Assembly (NCBI GenBank): GCA_951406725.2
Contig: OX597819.1
Span: 104,222,001 to 104,286,000, forward strand
Origin: Octopus vulgaris
Lineage: Eukaryota
Reading direction: 5' to 3'
Length of the DNA: 64,000 bases
How positions within the stretch are numbered: position 1 is the first letter of the stretch; every line of letters starts with the position of its first letter. Both the position numbers and the translations under genes were made by a program. Of this stretch, positions 14,400 to 32,683 are shown piece by piece. The notes below the pieces were generated by a model. The model was given only the letters and a program-made list of their open reading frames with translations, had not been told where the DNA came from and did not search any database.

Positions 14400-14768
14400 G
14401 ATGGAAGCACTCCGTCGGTTCCGACGACAAGGGTTCCGGTCGATCCGATCAACGGAACAGCCTACTCGTGAAATTAACGTGTAAGTGGCTGAGCACTCCA
14501 CAGACACGTGTACCCTTAACGTAGTTCTCGGGGATATTCAGCGTGACACAGAGTGTGACAAGGCCGACCATTTGAAATGCAGGTACAACAGAAACAGGAA
14601 GTAAGAGTGAGAGAAAGTTGTAGTGAAAAAGTACAGCAGGAATCACCACCATCCCTGCCGGAGCCTCGTGGAGCTTTATGTGTTTTCGCTCAATAAACTC
14701 TCACAACGCCCGGTCTGGGAATCGAAACCGCGAGTCCGCTGCCCTAACCACTGGGCCATTGCGCCTCC
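14400..14768 (-). mobile_element. tRNA-derived SINE, family B, tail type 1
   Basis: Minus head ggaggcgcaatggcccagtggttagggcagcggactcgcggtttcgattccc (A and B boxes); body shared with copies at 35419, 55363 and 60357. Confidence 0.88.
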
Positions 14769-14769
14769 G

Positions 14770-15425
14770 TTGTTATAGTAATGATAGTGGTGACATTGTT
14801 GATAGCAGTGGTGCTTGTGGCAGTGGCGGTATTGTAATGGTAATGGTGGTGTGGTGGTAGAGTGATAGTGATGAAAATGGCGGGGTATTGGCAGTGGTGG
14901 TATTAAAAGCCGGAGCAGTAGCGGTGGTGTGAGGGTTGCGGTGGGATTGGTTGCGATGGCAGTGGTAGAAATGGTGTTAATAGTCGTAGTCGTAGTAGCA
15001 TTGCTTATTATGGTGGTATTGGCAGTAGTAGAGATATGGTAGTAGTGGTGGTTGTAGTGGTGGTGATTGTGGTATGGTGGTGTTTGTGCTAGTGGTAGTG
15101 ATTATGGTAGTGGTGGTAGCGGTGGTGCTGGTGATAATGATGTTGGTAGAAGTGGTAGCAGTGGTTGTATAAGTAGTAGTTGCGTTTGCCACAGTAGTGG
15201 TCGTAGTAGCAGTAGTGGCATTCGTGGTAGTGGCGGTGATGTTAGGAGTAGTGGTGTAAGTAGTTATAGTAGTAGTGTTGGTGGTAGTGGTGGTGGTGCT
15301 AGTGGTGGTGGTGGTAGTGGTGGTGATAGTAGTGGCGGTGATGTTAGGAGTAGTGGAGTAAGTAGTTATAGTAGTAGTGTTGGTGGTAGTGGTGGTGGTA
15401 GTAGTGGTGGTGATGGTAGTGGATG
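14770..15425. repeat. (GGT/AGT)n low complexity with a ~70-bp internal duplication (15228-15297 / 15330-15398)
   Basis: Direct observation. Confidence 0.8.
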
Positions 15426-15759
15426 AGAGTGAGGCGGTGTTAGCAGAAGGGGGTGTGGTGCCAGAAATTCTAGTGTCTATTTATTGCAATTGTTGCCAGG
15501 AATCAACAGAAAATTCACTGCACAACATTGCACATTTCACTGTTACTTATGTGTGCAATTAAGTCTGCAATAATGATGTTGCAATTTTTAATTTCCTGCT
15601 ACTTCCCTCGCCACTTCTCCCTTCCTCTATGTGCCGCAGTACGGTGTGACATGGGGCGGTGTTGAGTGTGTGAGTGTCGTACTGTTATGTGTGGTGTGTT
15701 TGTGTATACCCGTTGTACAGAAGTTTGTGAATGTATGTATTGGGTATGTATGTGAGTGG

Positions 15760-15944
15760 AGTGTCGGTTGTGTGTTTATATGTGTGCATCTGCTCTCTGT
15801 CTGTGTGTGTATATGAGTATATGTATGTGTGTGTGTGTATGTGTGTGTTCGGCGTGTATGTGTGTGTGAGTGTGTGTGCCGGTTGTGTATATGTGTACAT
15901 TTGTACAAGCGTGTGATTGTGTGTATGCATATATAGGTGTGCAT

Positions 15945-16018
<74 letters not shown>

Positions 16019-16060
16019 GTCTGTCTGTCTGTCTGTCTGTGTATATTTATGTATGCGTGC

Positions 16061-16107
<47 letters not shown>

Positions 16108-16188
16108 TATACATACAGTAAATATGCCTGTGTTTATATATGTATATATGTGTGCGTGTATATACATACATATATAAGTGTATATAGG

Positions 16189-16225
<37 letters not shown>

Positions 16226-16428
16226 ATATGTATATATACATATATGCACGTATCAACCTACATTTATGCATGCATACATCCACATACATACATACATACA
16301 CACACACATACATACATACATACATACATACACAAACATACATACATACAAACATACATACACACACACACACACACACATACATACATACATACATACA
16401 TACATACATACATACATACATACATACA

Positions 16429-16461
<33 letters not shown>

Positions 16462-16587
16462 TTGCGTGTATATATGTTTGTGTGATTTTTGTCTACTGAT
16501 AATGTTTTTGTAATACTGTCTGTAATGTGTTGTTGGCGTAAGAACGAGTATGTGTAGTTGCATGTGTGAGCTGATATTGTGTCTGCC

Positions 16588-16619
<32 letters not shown>

Positions 16620-16949
16620 TGTGTGATTGTGATGATGATTATGTGTGGTTATGTACGTGATTATGCAAAAAAGGAAGATGTATGGTTCTGTGTAATTCGG
16701 TATTTGTGTTTACTGGTTGAATACTGTGTGTGTGTGTATAAGTATGCACATACACACACACACACACACATACACACACTTGCGCGTGCACACACACTCA
16801 CATACACAGAAACACGCATTTACATACACACACATTCCGTTTACGTGAATGTGGGCTATGTTAATTTAATGTGTATACATAATTTGTGCGTGTGAGTATA
16901 TATACACAAACACACATACACACACACGCACGCACATGCACACACACAC

Positions 16950-16993
<44 letters not shown>

Positions 16994-17150
16994 GCATATA
17001 TATACATGTGTGTGTATATATATATGTATGTTATGTATGTATATATATATACATATATATGTATGCACACATTTATATATGCAGAAAACAGGCATATATA
17101 TATATATATGCGTTTACACACACACACACATGAACATACACACATATATA
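15760..17150. repeat. Compound microsatellites (ATCT)n, (TA)n, (CATA)n, (CA)n
   Basis: Direct observation. Confidence 0.9.
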
Positions 17151-17676
17151 ATTGAAATTTTCCGTTGCATCTTATTTGCAGTATTTTGGAGATAATAAGG
17201 GGGTATAATTGACATCATGGCATTATTACCTCCCCTTTCTCCACCTGCCCAACAGCTTGTAACTTCTCTCATTCTTTGTCACCTCTTCCTCCTCCTCCTC
17301 CTCGTACGTCTTTCCTTTCATTTTTGTGGTTGCTATTGTTGTTGTCGATGTCATTGTTATCTGTAGACAATAGACTAAATAATCTTATTGATGATAAGAC
17401 TATCGGCACCACCACTACCTTTTCTACCGCCTGCTACCACCGGCACCACAGCAACACGCTACCACCGACACTATTTACTAGGACTATCTCACCACCACCA
17501 CCACCTCAATAATCACCAACAAAGAACAATCGCTCCGCCAACCATTGTCATCATCACCGTGAACCACCACCGCCACCACCATCATCATCGTTACCAAAAA
17601 CAACATCATCATAATCTTCATTACTATAATCGTTACCATCTTCATCACTATCATCATTCTATACTACTACTACTAA

Positions 17677-17878
17677 AGACACACAGCCTGAAATTTTGGG
17701 GGAGGGAGTAAGTGGATTACATCGACTTCAGTACTCAACTGGTACTTATTTTATCGATCGCGGTAGGAAGAAAGGCAAAGTCGACCTTGGCGGAATTTGA
17801 ACTCAGAACGTAAAGATGGACGAAATGAGCTATGCGTTTTGTTCGGAGTGCAAACGATTCTGCCTGCTCGTCGCCTTA
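17677..17878 (-). mobile_element. Family A SINE
   Basis: aactggtacttattttatcg...aaaggcaaagtcgaccttggcggaatttgaactcagaacg...aacgattctgcc.gctcg.cgcctta. Confidence 0.85.
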
Positions 17879-17938
17879 ACAACAGCAACGATAGCAACAA
17901 CGACAACAACAATAATAATAACAATGATAATAATAATG

Positions 17939-18020
<82 letters not shown>

Positions 18021-18025
18021 TAATA

Positions 18026-18067
<42 letters not shown>

Positions 18068-18199
18068 GTAATAACCATAATAACAGTAATAATAACAATA
18101 ACAATGATAATAGAATGGATGATGTGACAAACGATATCAATGACTTCAATGGATGTCGCTGGAAAAACTGGAAGCGCAAACGTACGTCATTAGGAGAGT

Positions 18200-18278
18200 T
18201 CGTGGTGATGTAGGCGGGGTTTGTAATCGAGAGAGGCATCTACCGAGGAGACATGTCACCACCACTATTGTTCGTTGA
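18200..18278 (+). mobile_element. Short degenerate LINE RT fragment
   Basis: IERGIYRGDMSPPLLFV resembles the RT motif RGIFQGDxLSPLLF. Confidence 0.5.
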
Positions 18279-18639
18279 TGTGCAAGATTTCTGCTTCAAC
18301 GTGGAAAAAGTCGTTGTCTTGTCAGTAAACCTACGCATAACTTCATTTCTTGTATTCTTGAAGAGCATCGCTACTGCGCTTACTACTAGTTCTTAAGCAA
18401 CACTATGCATAAAGAGTTTGCTCCAGTTTGCCTCAGTGGACAAAGTCAAAAGCTCTTGAGAAGAAAAACTACTTGCAGATGTTTCACCCTGTTTCCAATG
18501 ATTTTTTTTTTTTTTGTCCAACAATAGACCGATTTTCCTTGGACTCGTTTTTGTTTCGTCATAAACCCCCCTGAAACTCTGGTTGTATTTAGCTGCATCA
18601 TTTCGAGGTAGTTTGTAATTCAGGAAACAACCCTGATAA

Positions 18640-19010
18640 ATTCGGCTTACACTCTAAAAAAAAATCAACTTATACTCGTCACTAAACTAAACGAGAACAG
18701 ATGAAAATGATTCTGATGTTATAGCTCTTTTCGCAGACACCATCTCAGAAGCTAGCACCATTTTACATGTCATTGAAAAAACAATAGAAGATATTTGTCT
18801 TTATGTTACTGTCTCAAAGACTTAATGCATCTACAACCATTAAGAAAACTCAATCAGCACAATCAAACAAATCTCTCTAAAAATATGCGGACTCCTTTGT
18901 ATACTTAGGAAGTAGCAACGCATTCACAAAAAAATGATGTAAAAATTCGACTCGTTAAAACAGCGGCTGTTTTTTATGGTTTCTGTGTCATCCACAAATC
19001 ATCTCTCCTT
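18640..19010 (+). mobile_element. Degenerate RTE-type LINE RT fragment
   Basis: DSDVIALFADTISEASTILHVIEKTIEDICLYVTVSKT ... SFVYLGS ... NDVKIRL resembles the YADD-IAL ... GL.iN..KT ... F.YLGS region. Confidence 0.55.
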
Positions 19011-19073
19011 TCAAAATTGATGGTCTTGTCCCTAAATTAGAAACTATTTATTATTATTATTATTGTTATTATT

Positions 19074-19118
<45 letters not shown>

Positions 19119-19174
19119 GCTCTTCTTCTTTTTCTTAATAATAATAATTTATGTTATTATTATTATAATTATTC

Positions 19175-22100
19175 ATATACACACAGCAGAGTAGACTTCT
19201 GGAAATGAAAACTTCCTAACATTGAGCTACAACAAGTAATTGTAGATTCTAAGAACCCTCCTAAGTATCCTAGCTGTCCCTAATAACACTGTTTTCTGGC
19301 GAGGTACTGAACTGGGTTTTATGCCTGTTTTCTCAATCCATCTGCTCAAATCTTTAGGGATAGTTCCTAATGCAACTATAACTACTGGAATAAATTTTAC
19401 CCGCACTTTCCATATACTCTATGATTCAATAGTGAGGTCTTGGTACTTTGCTATTTTTCTATACCTCTCATATTGATTTTCTCGTCATTTGCGACTGTAA
19501 AGTCAATTATCTTGTACTTTCTATTTATCTACTACTACTACTAAATCTGGCCTTCTAGTTTCTATTACTCTGTCTCTCTGAATGTTAAAATCCCACAACA
19601 TCTTATATTTCTTACTTTCTAGTACTTTACTAGCTTCATGTTCATACCATTTATCAGTATGTTCAAATCTTAGCTTTCTACATAACTGTCAGTGGATTAC
19701 TCTACCTAGATTGTCATGTCTTTTCTTGTATTCCTTTTGTGCCAGCATGCTATATTCACTTACTATATGAGTAACACTTTCCTCTTTTGATTTGCATAAC
19801 TTACATTGAAAATCTACTTGGTTTTGTGTATTTTGGTTTTCACCCAAATAGTCCTTAATGCTTCATCTTGTGCTGCTACTAACAAACCTTCTATCTCTTT
19901 TTTCAGCCGTTCTTCCTGCAACCTTAACCCTGTCTCACTATTACTCTATGCTGCAACTATTTTAGGAAATCTACGATGCAAAGCCTTCCCCTGCCAGTCA
20001 GACTTTATTCTTTTTTCTGGTCTTTAACTTGGTTTGGTTTCTTGGTTTCCCTATGTTTGCTGTGAGTGTAGCAGATCTTAATAAACTTTCATCACTATTA
20101 CCTATATAGTAGTATATATATATATCTACTCTAGCTGATTCCACGCAGTCTTCGATTGATACCAATCCTTTTCTATCTTCCTTTCTAGGTAAATATAATC
20201 TTGCTATTCCTGCCCTTGGGTGGAGTCCTCCACTCATATTGAATTCCTTCCTAGTTCTTCTGTCTAGCTTTGATAATTCAGTTTTTGTCCAATCTACAAA
20301 AGCTACTGAGCTTTCTAAGTAATTATACTGCCCAAGTATTTACAACATTCGCTAGATTCAGACCATTCAACTTTGACTTTATTAGTTTCCTCATCCTTTT
20401 GATGTACTCCTTCTCAATTTTCATTTTCATTCCTATAGTTAGTACTCTGTCAGATTATAATACTCCTTGATACTTATAACTCTCCCCTTTTAAAGATTTA
20501 TATCTGTGGCCATCTGGTAATTGGATGTCTTCACTACCTGTCCTCTTCCCATGACTAATGTTCCACACTTGCCAATGCCATATTCCATGCCTATATCTTT
20601 GCTGAAGGGTCTTACAGTCGGTATTAATGAATCTATCTCTTATTCATTCTTACTAAAAAGCTTCCTATCATCCATGTAGAGCATATGGTTAATTTTTCCT
20701 TTACTATTTCTAAACTGACACCCTGCCGTTGCCTTCCTTAATATTAAACGGAGCGGGGTCAAACATAAGACAAATATTAAAGGGAATAATAAGTCTCCTT
20801 GGAAAATTCCTCTCTTGATATTAACCTCCCTAAGAGTATGTCATCTGGGCAGACACTATCCATTTTTTAATGCTAAAGTTAATTAATTCTCTTATGTAGT
20901 CTGCTATACTAAATATACTCAAACATTCACTTACCCATGAGTATGGGATCATGTCATAGGCTATTTTGTAATCTATCCATGTTATTGTTATATTTTACTT
21001 TCTAGCTTTTACTTCATTTAGGACTGCTTTGTCTTTTTACAATAGATCATTCGTTCCTCTAGCCTTCTTCTTGCAACCTTTCTGTTTTTCGCGCAGTAAA
21101 TTCTGGCTGTCAAGTGCTCGTGAATGCTTGCTGAAAGCATTCTTGCTCACAGCTTCCACACTAATGGTAAGCAAATCATTAGTCTATAATTGCTACCTGT
21201 ATTACCCTTGCTTTTATCTTTCATAAGGAATATTGTTCTCTTTTTAGTCACCCAATCTGGTCTTATTCTTCTATTAAGGCAATCCTGAAGCTGTTTCCTC
21301 AGCCTCCCATGTAAACTACTAAATTTCTTTAACTGTACCCTTGAACTACATCTGGTCCTGAGCCCTTCCAATTCGGCATTTTTCTTAACACTTTACTCAT
21401 TAATGCACTAGTTAGTCTTAGATCTGGCTGCTTCTCACTCACTACTTCTTCCCTCACTTTCTATAACCGTACTGCATCTCCATTATGATTGAGTACCTTA
21501 TCCCAAATATTACTCCAGAATTTTTTAGCTTCTTCTGCATTAGGTATCTCATCTTCAGTACTTTCTTCTTCACTATTTATTTGGTTATAAAATTTCCTCT
21601 GGTCTGTCTCAAATAATCTATTCTGTTGATACTGATCCATTCTTTTCTGATATATGGAAAGCTTACCTGCTACTGCTATGATATGCTGTTTCAACTCTTG
21701 CATGACTGTGCCAAATCCTTTCTCTTTGACTAAGTATCTTTTCTCAAGAGAAGATTTAAATCTTGTGTTTCCCAACTTGTTCAGTTTCCAGGCTTCTAAA
21801 TCTACTCAAATCTTGTCTTAAAGTCTTCACTGTATTTCGTAATCTTTATTTTATTTTGTAATCTCCTTTTCCACATTTACTCTTTTCTTTTTTAATCTAA
21901 TCTTCTAGTAACTACTACTCCTCCTGCATAGATCAATATGTTAGTGTCTCCTATATTTTTAGTATCTATCCCACTAATAACAGAATCTACTTTCCTAGTT
22001 ATATCTATCAGCTTCCTTCCGTTGGTATCTTTTAATGCTGGCAATCTTTTCTTACTTTCTTTACTCATTACTTCCTGCAATTCATCTAAAATCTTCTGAT

Positions 22101-22718
22101 CTTCCTCACTTAAATCACGTAACTCGCTGGTGCCAGTTGTCCCTTCCTTATTGGTAGTGCTATTATTACTTTTTCCTCTTTGGTTTGAGCTGTATCGCTT
22201 ATGTTGTTGTTTGTCTTTCCTACTGCCTGGTCTTTCTTTTCCAATTCTCTTGTGATTTCTTCCACCTGCAACTATGCCATCCACTTTCTTCTAATAGCAT
22301 TAGCTTGATCTACTAGTCTCTAGTCAGTCATTTTGAACATACATTTCTCTACCTAAAGTGTTAACATCCGTTTTCTATAGCCCCTTCTCTTAGGTTCACT
22401 TTCTAAGTAGCACTGCATTACTATCCTGTTTTCTTCGCTACTCCAGTTCCTACTCCTTACTCTATTATCTACTGATGCTGTCTTAGGATAACAGCTGGGG
22501 TAAGTCTGTATCTTTACTGAACCACTGAAGAGCGAGAGGCCTTCTCTTTCGCTCCAATCTCATTTTCGCAAACTTCTGCCTCTCATAAACTAAGGTAAGG
22601 TGACTTCCGTTACCATCGTCATCACCACTATTACTTTTCAACATCTGATAGTTTGAAGTAACTCTCTATTGCATTACTTGCTGCACTTTTTGTGCTGGTG
22701 AGGTGTGTGTGTGCTTCA
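19175..22718 (-). mobile_element. R4/Dong-type non-LTR retrotransposon, near full length, pseudogenised
   Basis: ORF pieces QYQQNRLFETDQRKFY, GNTGSNYRLMICLPLVWKL, RGIFQGDLLFPL, INHMLYMDD, LHPRAGIARLYLPRKEDRKGLVSIEDCV, ILWDFNIQ...RPDLVV and LLGTARILRRVL. Flanked by (TTA)/(TTG) microsatellites. Confidence 0.9.
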
Positions 22719-22774
22719 TTTATTATTATTATTATTGTTGTTGTTGTTGTTGTTGTTGTTGTTATTATTATTAT

Positions 22775-23627
22775 GTGAAAACTCACAGCTTATTTTGCTG
22801 GGTATGATGGAATGTGTCAGTTGTTCACAGCCAGCAGACTAGTGGTGACACTTGTTTAATGGCCATGCTTCAAGAACCCTGCGAAGAATTCTTGCAGTTC
22901 GAAGCAATACTGATTTTTGTAGATGTTCTACTTTCACACTTGTACCGATCTTTTTCAGCAATGCTGGTAGTTGAGTGCTGATACTTCCAAGTGCACCAAT
23001 TACTATTAGTATCACGCCTACTCGCTTCATTGATCATAACATTTGAATTTCTTACTTCAGATCGTCATAGTTGTTTATTTTTTCTTCTTCTTTCACACTG
23101 ATCCCATGGTCACCGGGGCATGCTATGTCGATTATCATAAACGTTCTTTCTGTTTTATTTACCACAACAATATCCGGTTTCCGATGTTTGCTCAGGTGAT
23201 CGCATTGGATCATTTCATCCCACAGGATTTTGCAATTATCAATTTCGGTGACTCCTTCTGGAGTTTGCTCATACCACGTCTTTGCTCTTTGTAGGCCGTG
23301 ATTTTCACAGAGCACCCAATGGATCATTCTTGCCACATTGTCATGGCGTCTTTTGTATTCGCGTTGTGCCAATTTTGGGCATTCGCAACGATGTGGCATA
23401 CCTTTTTAACCCTCTCACCACGCATTCTGCATTTGTTGCTATCGATAGTGTTTTCTATTCTGCACTTCATATACTTGGTCCTTAACGCTTGTTCCTGAGC
23501 TGCACATATGAGTGCTTTTGTCTCTATCTTCAGGTCACTGCTCCTCATCCATAGCTACCGGTCCTCTTTATTTGTCTTGGAGTTCACATCTCTTGTAAAC
23601 TGATCGTACATTTCCTTTTCTATCCAT
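22775..23627 (-). mobile_element. R4/Dong-type LINE 3' fragment (second family)
   Basis: SDLKIETKALICAAQEQALRT, CPKLAQREYKRRHDNVA, KPDIVVVNK...IIDIACPGD, LQKSVLLRTARILRRVLE. Confidence 0.9.
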
Positions 23628-23829
23628 GCTTCTTCTTCTTCTTCTTCTTCTTCTTCTTCTTCTTCTTCTTCTTCTTCTTCTTCTTCTTCTTCTTCTTCTT
23701 CTTCTTCTTCTTCTTCTTTAAGCCAGAAATCTTTATTAAAATCAGTAATACAGATAGATATGAGAAAAAAACTCCAATAAAAGCATATGAACTTAGTGGA
23801 ACTTTTTCTGCTTGTACGTTTCTTTCCCT

Positions 23830-23958
23830 TTTACAATCACTTTTGATCGAAAACTTACCCCACCTTTTTTTTTCTTTCTTTCTTTCCCCAAAAAAGAAAA
23901 GCACTACTTTGTAATCTGTTCCGTCTGTGAGCAGCCCTATGCGGCTAATAAAGAAACA

Positions 23959-24036
<78 letters not shown>
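23830..24036 (+). mobile_element. 3' end of an unclassified interspersed repeat ending in AATAAA + (ATCT)n
   Basis: Homologous to 35100-35270: cttttgatcgaaaac...aaaagaaaagc.ctactt...gcagccct.tg.ggctaataaagaaacatatctatc. Confidence 0.7.
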
Positions 24037-24037
<1 letters not shown>

Positions 24038-24557
24038 TTGCACACGGCTGTCTATATTAATATTTTGTATACAAATTATCGATCCGCTAAATCATCCATG
24101 GATTTATATGGTGAATACATATGTACTGACAGAGAATTAAATCCAGAATGAGCCGAGTTGAGCGGTCCCCACCGATAAGACTACGGATTTAGCCGAAATT
24201 GACCGATTAGTATAGGGAATTCTCGACCGGTACTTTCGGGCGATTACAGTCCATGTCAGTACATACATATGTAAACAATCATGTGCTTTAAGTGCAGCAT
24301 TAAAGCTTTTTAGGTCTTATTTCTAGCAATGTAGGTGTTCTGACACCATAGTCATATTTAGTGACAATTATAGTTTTTCTTTTTTGTGTAAAACATAGCA
24401 CACAGCTATATGTATACACACACCCAAACACACTACACATACGCACGTATATACATACGTGAAAGTAGGTGAACAGAAAGATGACTTGACAAACAAGCCA
24501 TCTTTATATAGATGTATATATATAGATCTAAAGATATGGATGTATATATACATACAT

Positions 24558-24621
<64 letters not shown>

Positions 24622-24849
24622 GTGTATATATATGTATGTCTGTCTGTGTGAATCCCTAAAACTTCGGAATCCTGGAATGATTAAGTCTGTGGTTCTTTCA
24701 ATATAAGTACGATGGAGTCTTGTTTTCTCCTGATAATCACGTAACGTGGTAGGGTAAGGATGTTGAGTTATTCAGTTGCACATAAGTTGACAGTAGCTGC
24801 TGTGGTCATTGTATCCCGTTGTCTTTGAAGTATTATTCCATTACATAAG

Positions 24850-25050
24850 GTTGAGTTGACAGAATCGTTAGAGCACCGGGCAATATGTTTAGCGACATTT
24901 GGACCATCTTTACGTTTTTATTCCGCCGAGGTCGACTTTCATCCATTTGGGTGCGAAATGATAAGTAGCAGTGAAGTTCTGGGATCGATGTAATGGACCT
25001 TGCTATCCATAAAAAAACTGCTAGCCTTGTGCCAAAATTAGAATTCAATA
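24850..25050 (+). mobile_element. Family A SINE, degenerate
   Basis: gagttgacagaatcgttagagcaccggg...ttccgccgaggtcgactttcatcc...gtgccaaaattagaa. Confidence 0.75.
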
Positions 25051-25469
25051 TCGTTCCATTTTATTAAAGGTTGTTTTCTGTACAGATTTTTAAGAACCAT
25101 GCATATTTTGAAGTAGGAGATCCATCACACATCTCTGGGCTCTGCATGCATCATATGCAGCCGGCTTTAAAGGTATTGCCGATGAACAAATGTACATTCT
25201 TTTCAGTACGGGTCATATTTGCTATGAATTTATATTCGTTCTGAATTTTATTTCTTTCGATAGGTATTATTTGTCTATAGGAAAGTAAATTGTCTAAATG
25301 GAATGAAACCTAGATTGTTTCATGGGGAGAAATTCATGGAAATTTGGGTGGGTTTAGAAACTTGGAAGGTCAAATAAACAACACCATGGGGTCAAATCGG
25401 GATTACAAAACGAATTTCCTAACTATCCAGCGAAAGTAGCTCTAATTGTCTAACTTTCTATATGCGTAA

Positions 25470-29800
<4,331 letters not shown>

Positions 29801-29804
<4 letters not shown>

Positions 29805-30068
29805 AAATGAATAAAAGAATGGAGTCGAACGAAGATTTTAACACAATTCCTTTACTTTCAACACATGTTTCGAAGAATTTAAAGGAATTGTTTTAAAATC
29901 TTCGTTCGACTCCATTCTTTTACTCATTTTAAATAATACACAAATTACCACACAAGAACACGGGGTTTCTACCCTTGGCATGTAGCTTCAACCGTGTTTT
30001 CTGACGTGAATTTGCTACCCAGGTATCGATTAACCGAATTATCAATACTAGGATAATTCATTCACATA

Positions 30069-30070
<2 letters not shown>
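29801..30070 (+). mobile_element. Fold-back element in (TA)n: ~53-bp inverted arms + tail, partial HHR in the loop
   Basis: Arms 29802-29854 / 29880-29932. The loop on the minus strand reads GAAAC-AUGU-GUU. Tail homologous to 46184-46330. Confidence 0.75.
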
Positions 30071-30116
<46 letters not shown>

Positions 30117-30119
30117 TCC

Positions 30120-30525
30120 CTTTATATGTTTTATTCACCAGATTACAGCCATGCTGAGGCATCACCTCTTGAAGAATTTTAGTCGAATGAATCGACCCCA
30201 TGACATTTTTTAAAGCCTGACACTTATTGTATCAGTCTCTTTTGCCGAAGCGCTAGATTACAGGGACATAAACTCACCAATGCCGGTTGTCAATCAGCGA
30301 TTGGGGCACAACCACAGACACAAAGACACACACACACACATAGATATACATACATTTTTCTAAGACGGGTTTCTTTCAATTTCCATCTACCAAACCTACT
30401 AACAAGGCTTTGGTTGGCTCGAGGATATAGTAGAGGACACTTGTGCAAGTTGCCACGTAGTGAGACTGAACCCGTAACCATGAAATTGTGAAGCTGCTTC
30501 TTACCATACAGCCACTCCTGCGCCA
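30120..30525 (-). mobile_element. tRNA-derived SINE, family C
   Basis: Minus head ggcgcaggagtggctgtatggtaagaagc...gggttcagtctcact; body matches 42745-43110. Confidence 0.85.
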
Positions 30526-30818
30526 TATATGAGCAATTAAGATAAGTTTATATCATCAGTTCCATTATGGATACTTGGAATCTCGCACTGAGTGTTCCAA
30601 CTGCATTGGGATGAGTCAGAGAGTCAGAACGGATTATGAGGGATCAGTTTATTGCATCAAGTTACAGTAATGATCCTTTCTGGTTAAGTATCAAAATGTA
30701 CTTTGAACACCCAATGCAAAAATAATGGTAAAAGGTACGTAGAGACTAGTCATATAAACTTGTTATTTTAATTTCTCCTACGTTTGCTCATCATTTCATA
30801 ACTATTAAACTACAGTTA

Positions 30819-31218
30819 TCTATATATATAAAAGTGAGGTTGTGTGGTGTCTGTCTCCTACGATTTACATTCCTAACTACTCCCACATTTTGCAGTGCAG
30901 TTTAACCAAAAGCGGATATCTTATAGTCGTGATTCATATCGAGCCCTTCTGGATATTAGCGCGCGTCTACGATGAGTCTACGATTTAAAAAAAAAAATTA
31001 CCATAATTTTCTCGCATTTTTAATGCATTTTCGCTCGGTTTATATAAGGGAAGAAACTCTCTAAAAATGTATTATTAAATCTCAGAACGTAAAAAATCTA
31101 CAGTAACACCCCCCTTTGTGGTTAGCCATATTGAGATGGATATTATACTTTACATCTCTAAAATGCTTATATAGTTATTTCCCTTACAAACCCGAGCAAC
31201 GCCGGGCGATACTGCTAG
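30819..31218 (+). mobile_element. Non-autonomous Helitron
   Basis: Starts TC(TATATATATAAAAG) after an A; ends with a GC-rich hairpin cccgagcaacgccggg followed by CTAG and a T; no TIRs or TSD. Confidence 0.85.
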
Positions 31219-31237
31219 TTATATATACATATATATA

Positions 31238-32456
31238 CAGACATGACAGAAGTAAATAAACACCCTTATAATCATTAAAATTTATTTAAATCTGAAATTA
31301 TACATTCAAATTATTTATTGTTATAATGTGAATATTTAATATTTTGTAGACATGCCCTTTATATTTTTCAATGCAAGGACCCTATTATGTATGTTACTAA
31401 TCAGATGACGAATATTCTCTTGCGGAATTTCTTGACAAGGTTCATGCAGTAACCTCAAAAGATCTGGCTTTGAAGATGTTTTCTTCTTCTTTTTATGAAG
31501 TGTCCTGTCCATTGAGTCTCAGAGGTTTTCAATAGGGCTCATATCTGGTGACTGGCTTGAGCCTGGAAGCTTTTTAATGCAATTTATATCCAACAAATCT
31601 TGGGTCATTTTAGCCGTGTACCAAGGAGCCCCATCTTCCATAAATAAAGAGTCTTCTTTAATCATTTCACCACTGGAGAAGATTGGAAGGAGTTCTTTCT
31701 GCAATATGGACACATATCTGAGTTTATGTTTCCCTCACTCTCCACCAGCTCTGATCAACCATTGCTCCAAATTACTCCCCAGATCATCACAGAACAGCTG
31801 CTGTGTTTCATAGTTGGCTGCAATCTTTTCATGTTAAATTCTTGATCACAGAGTCTCCAGACCCACACTCAACCACTGCAAATCTGGAGTCATCAAAGTC
31901 CCAAAATGCTAGTGGCCTCTCCACCATCTGACTGGCCCAATCTTTTCTACGCTTGATGTTGGTTGGTCGAAGAAGTGGCTTCCTTCTTGCTGCTCTTCCA
32001 TACTAACCAAGTTTGTGGAGATATCTGACAGCTGTTCTAGGACTGACATCAACTTGTTCTGCTATGTCAGAAGCCTTGCAACGAGGATTATCCTCCACAC
32101 TTCTCTTAGCAAAGGGAAGGGTCATATCAGAGGGCCCTGGTTGATCTGGGCGAGATGATTTGGACGCTTTCCCCTCTCCGGTGAATTGCACAATCACTCT
32201 AGTAACTGTAGAAAGCGGTATCCCAAGGTTTTCTGTGTTTTTACTCTGGCTATGTCCTCTTCAGAATGACCCACAATACGGCCTCTTTGAAATTCAGACC
32301 ATTCCAAGGTTTCTTTTGTACATGGCATAATTAAATAATCACATACAGGATCTGAAACTTAAAAATGTCAATTAATAAAAAAAATACAAACACTTACAAT
32401 TTGAAATGAATATGAAACGATGTTGTATAGGTGTCTATTTACTTATGTCATGTGTG
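31238..32456 (-). mobile_element. Tc1-type DNA transposon with decayed transposase
   Basis: TIRs cagacatgacagaagtaaataaacacc / ggtgtctatttacttatgtcatgtgtg. SEFQRGRIVG HTH region, FMEDGAPWY and SQSPDMSPIENL catalytic motifs. Confidence 0.9.
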
Positions 32457-32633
32457 TGTGTGCATGTGTATACACACACACACAGACACACACACACACA
32501 TGGGAGTGAGTGAACCAAGTAACACTCGACATATTTGAGTGGAGTTGCATGTGTCAAATGTGTTTAATTCAGCTCCCCATTACTTACAGATTTGTATGTA
32601 CAGAACACGTCCACCCCGTCAGACTGTCACCGA

Positions 32634-32683
32634 ACATCTGAAGGAGTGATTGTGTTCTATACCTACGAAACCTTAAGTAATGT
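32634..32683 (+). ncRNA. Degenerate type I hammerhead motif
   Basis: ACAU-CUGAAGG-...-GAAAC-CUUAA-GUA-AUGU: perfect 4-bp stem I and palindromic CUUAAG; stem II poor. Confidence 0.5.

Noticed and set aside
15525-15560. miR-92-like seed (ATTGCAC) in a small hairpin
   Set aside because: The stem is only about 9-10 bp and the seed is on the 5' arm; no similarity to miR-92 beyond the seed.
24119-24270. Short inverted ends tatgtactgaca / tgtcagtacata suggesting a MITE
   Set aside because: Only about 12 bp, and no second copy in the window to support it.
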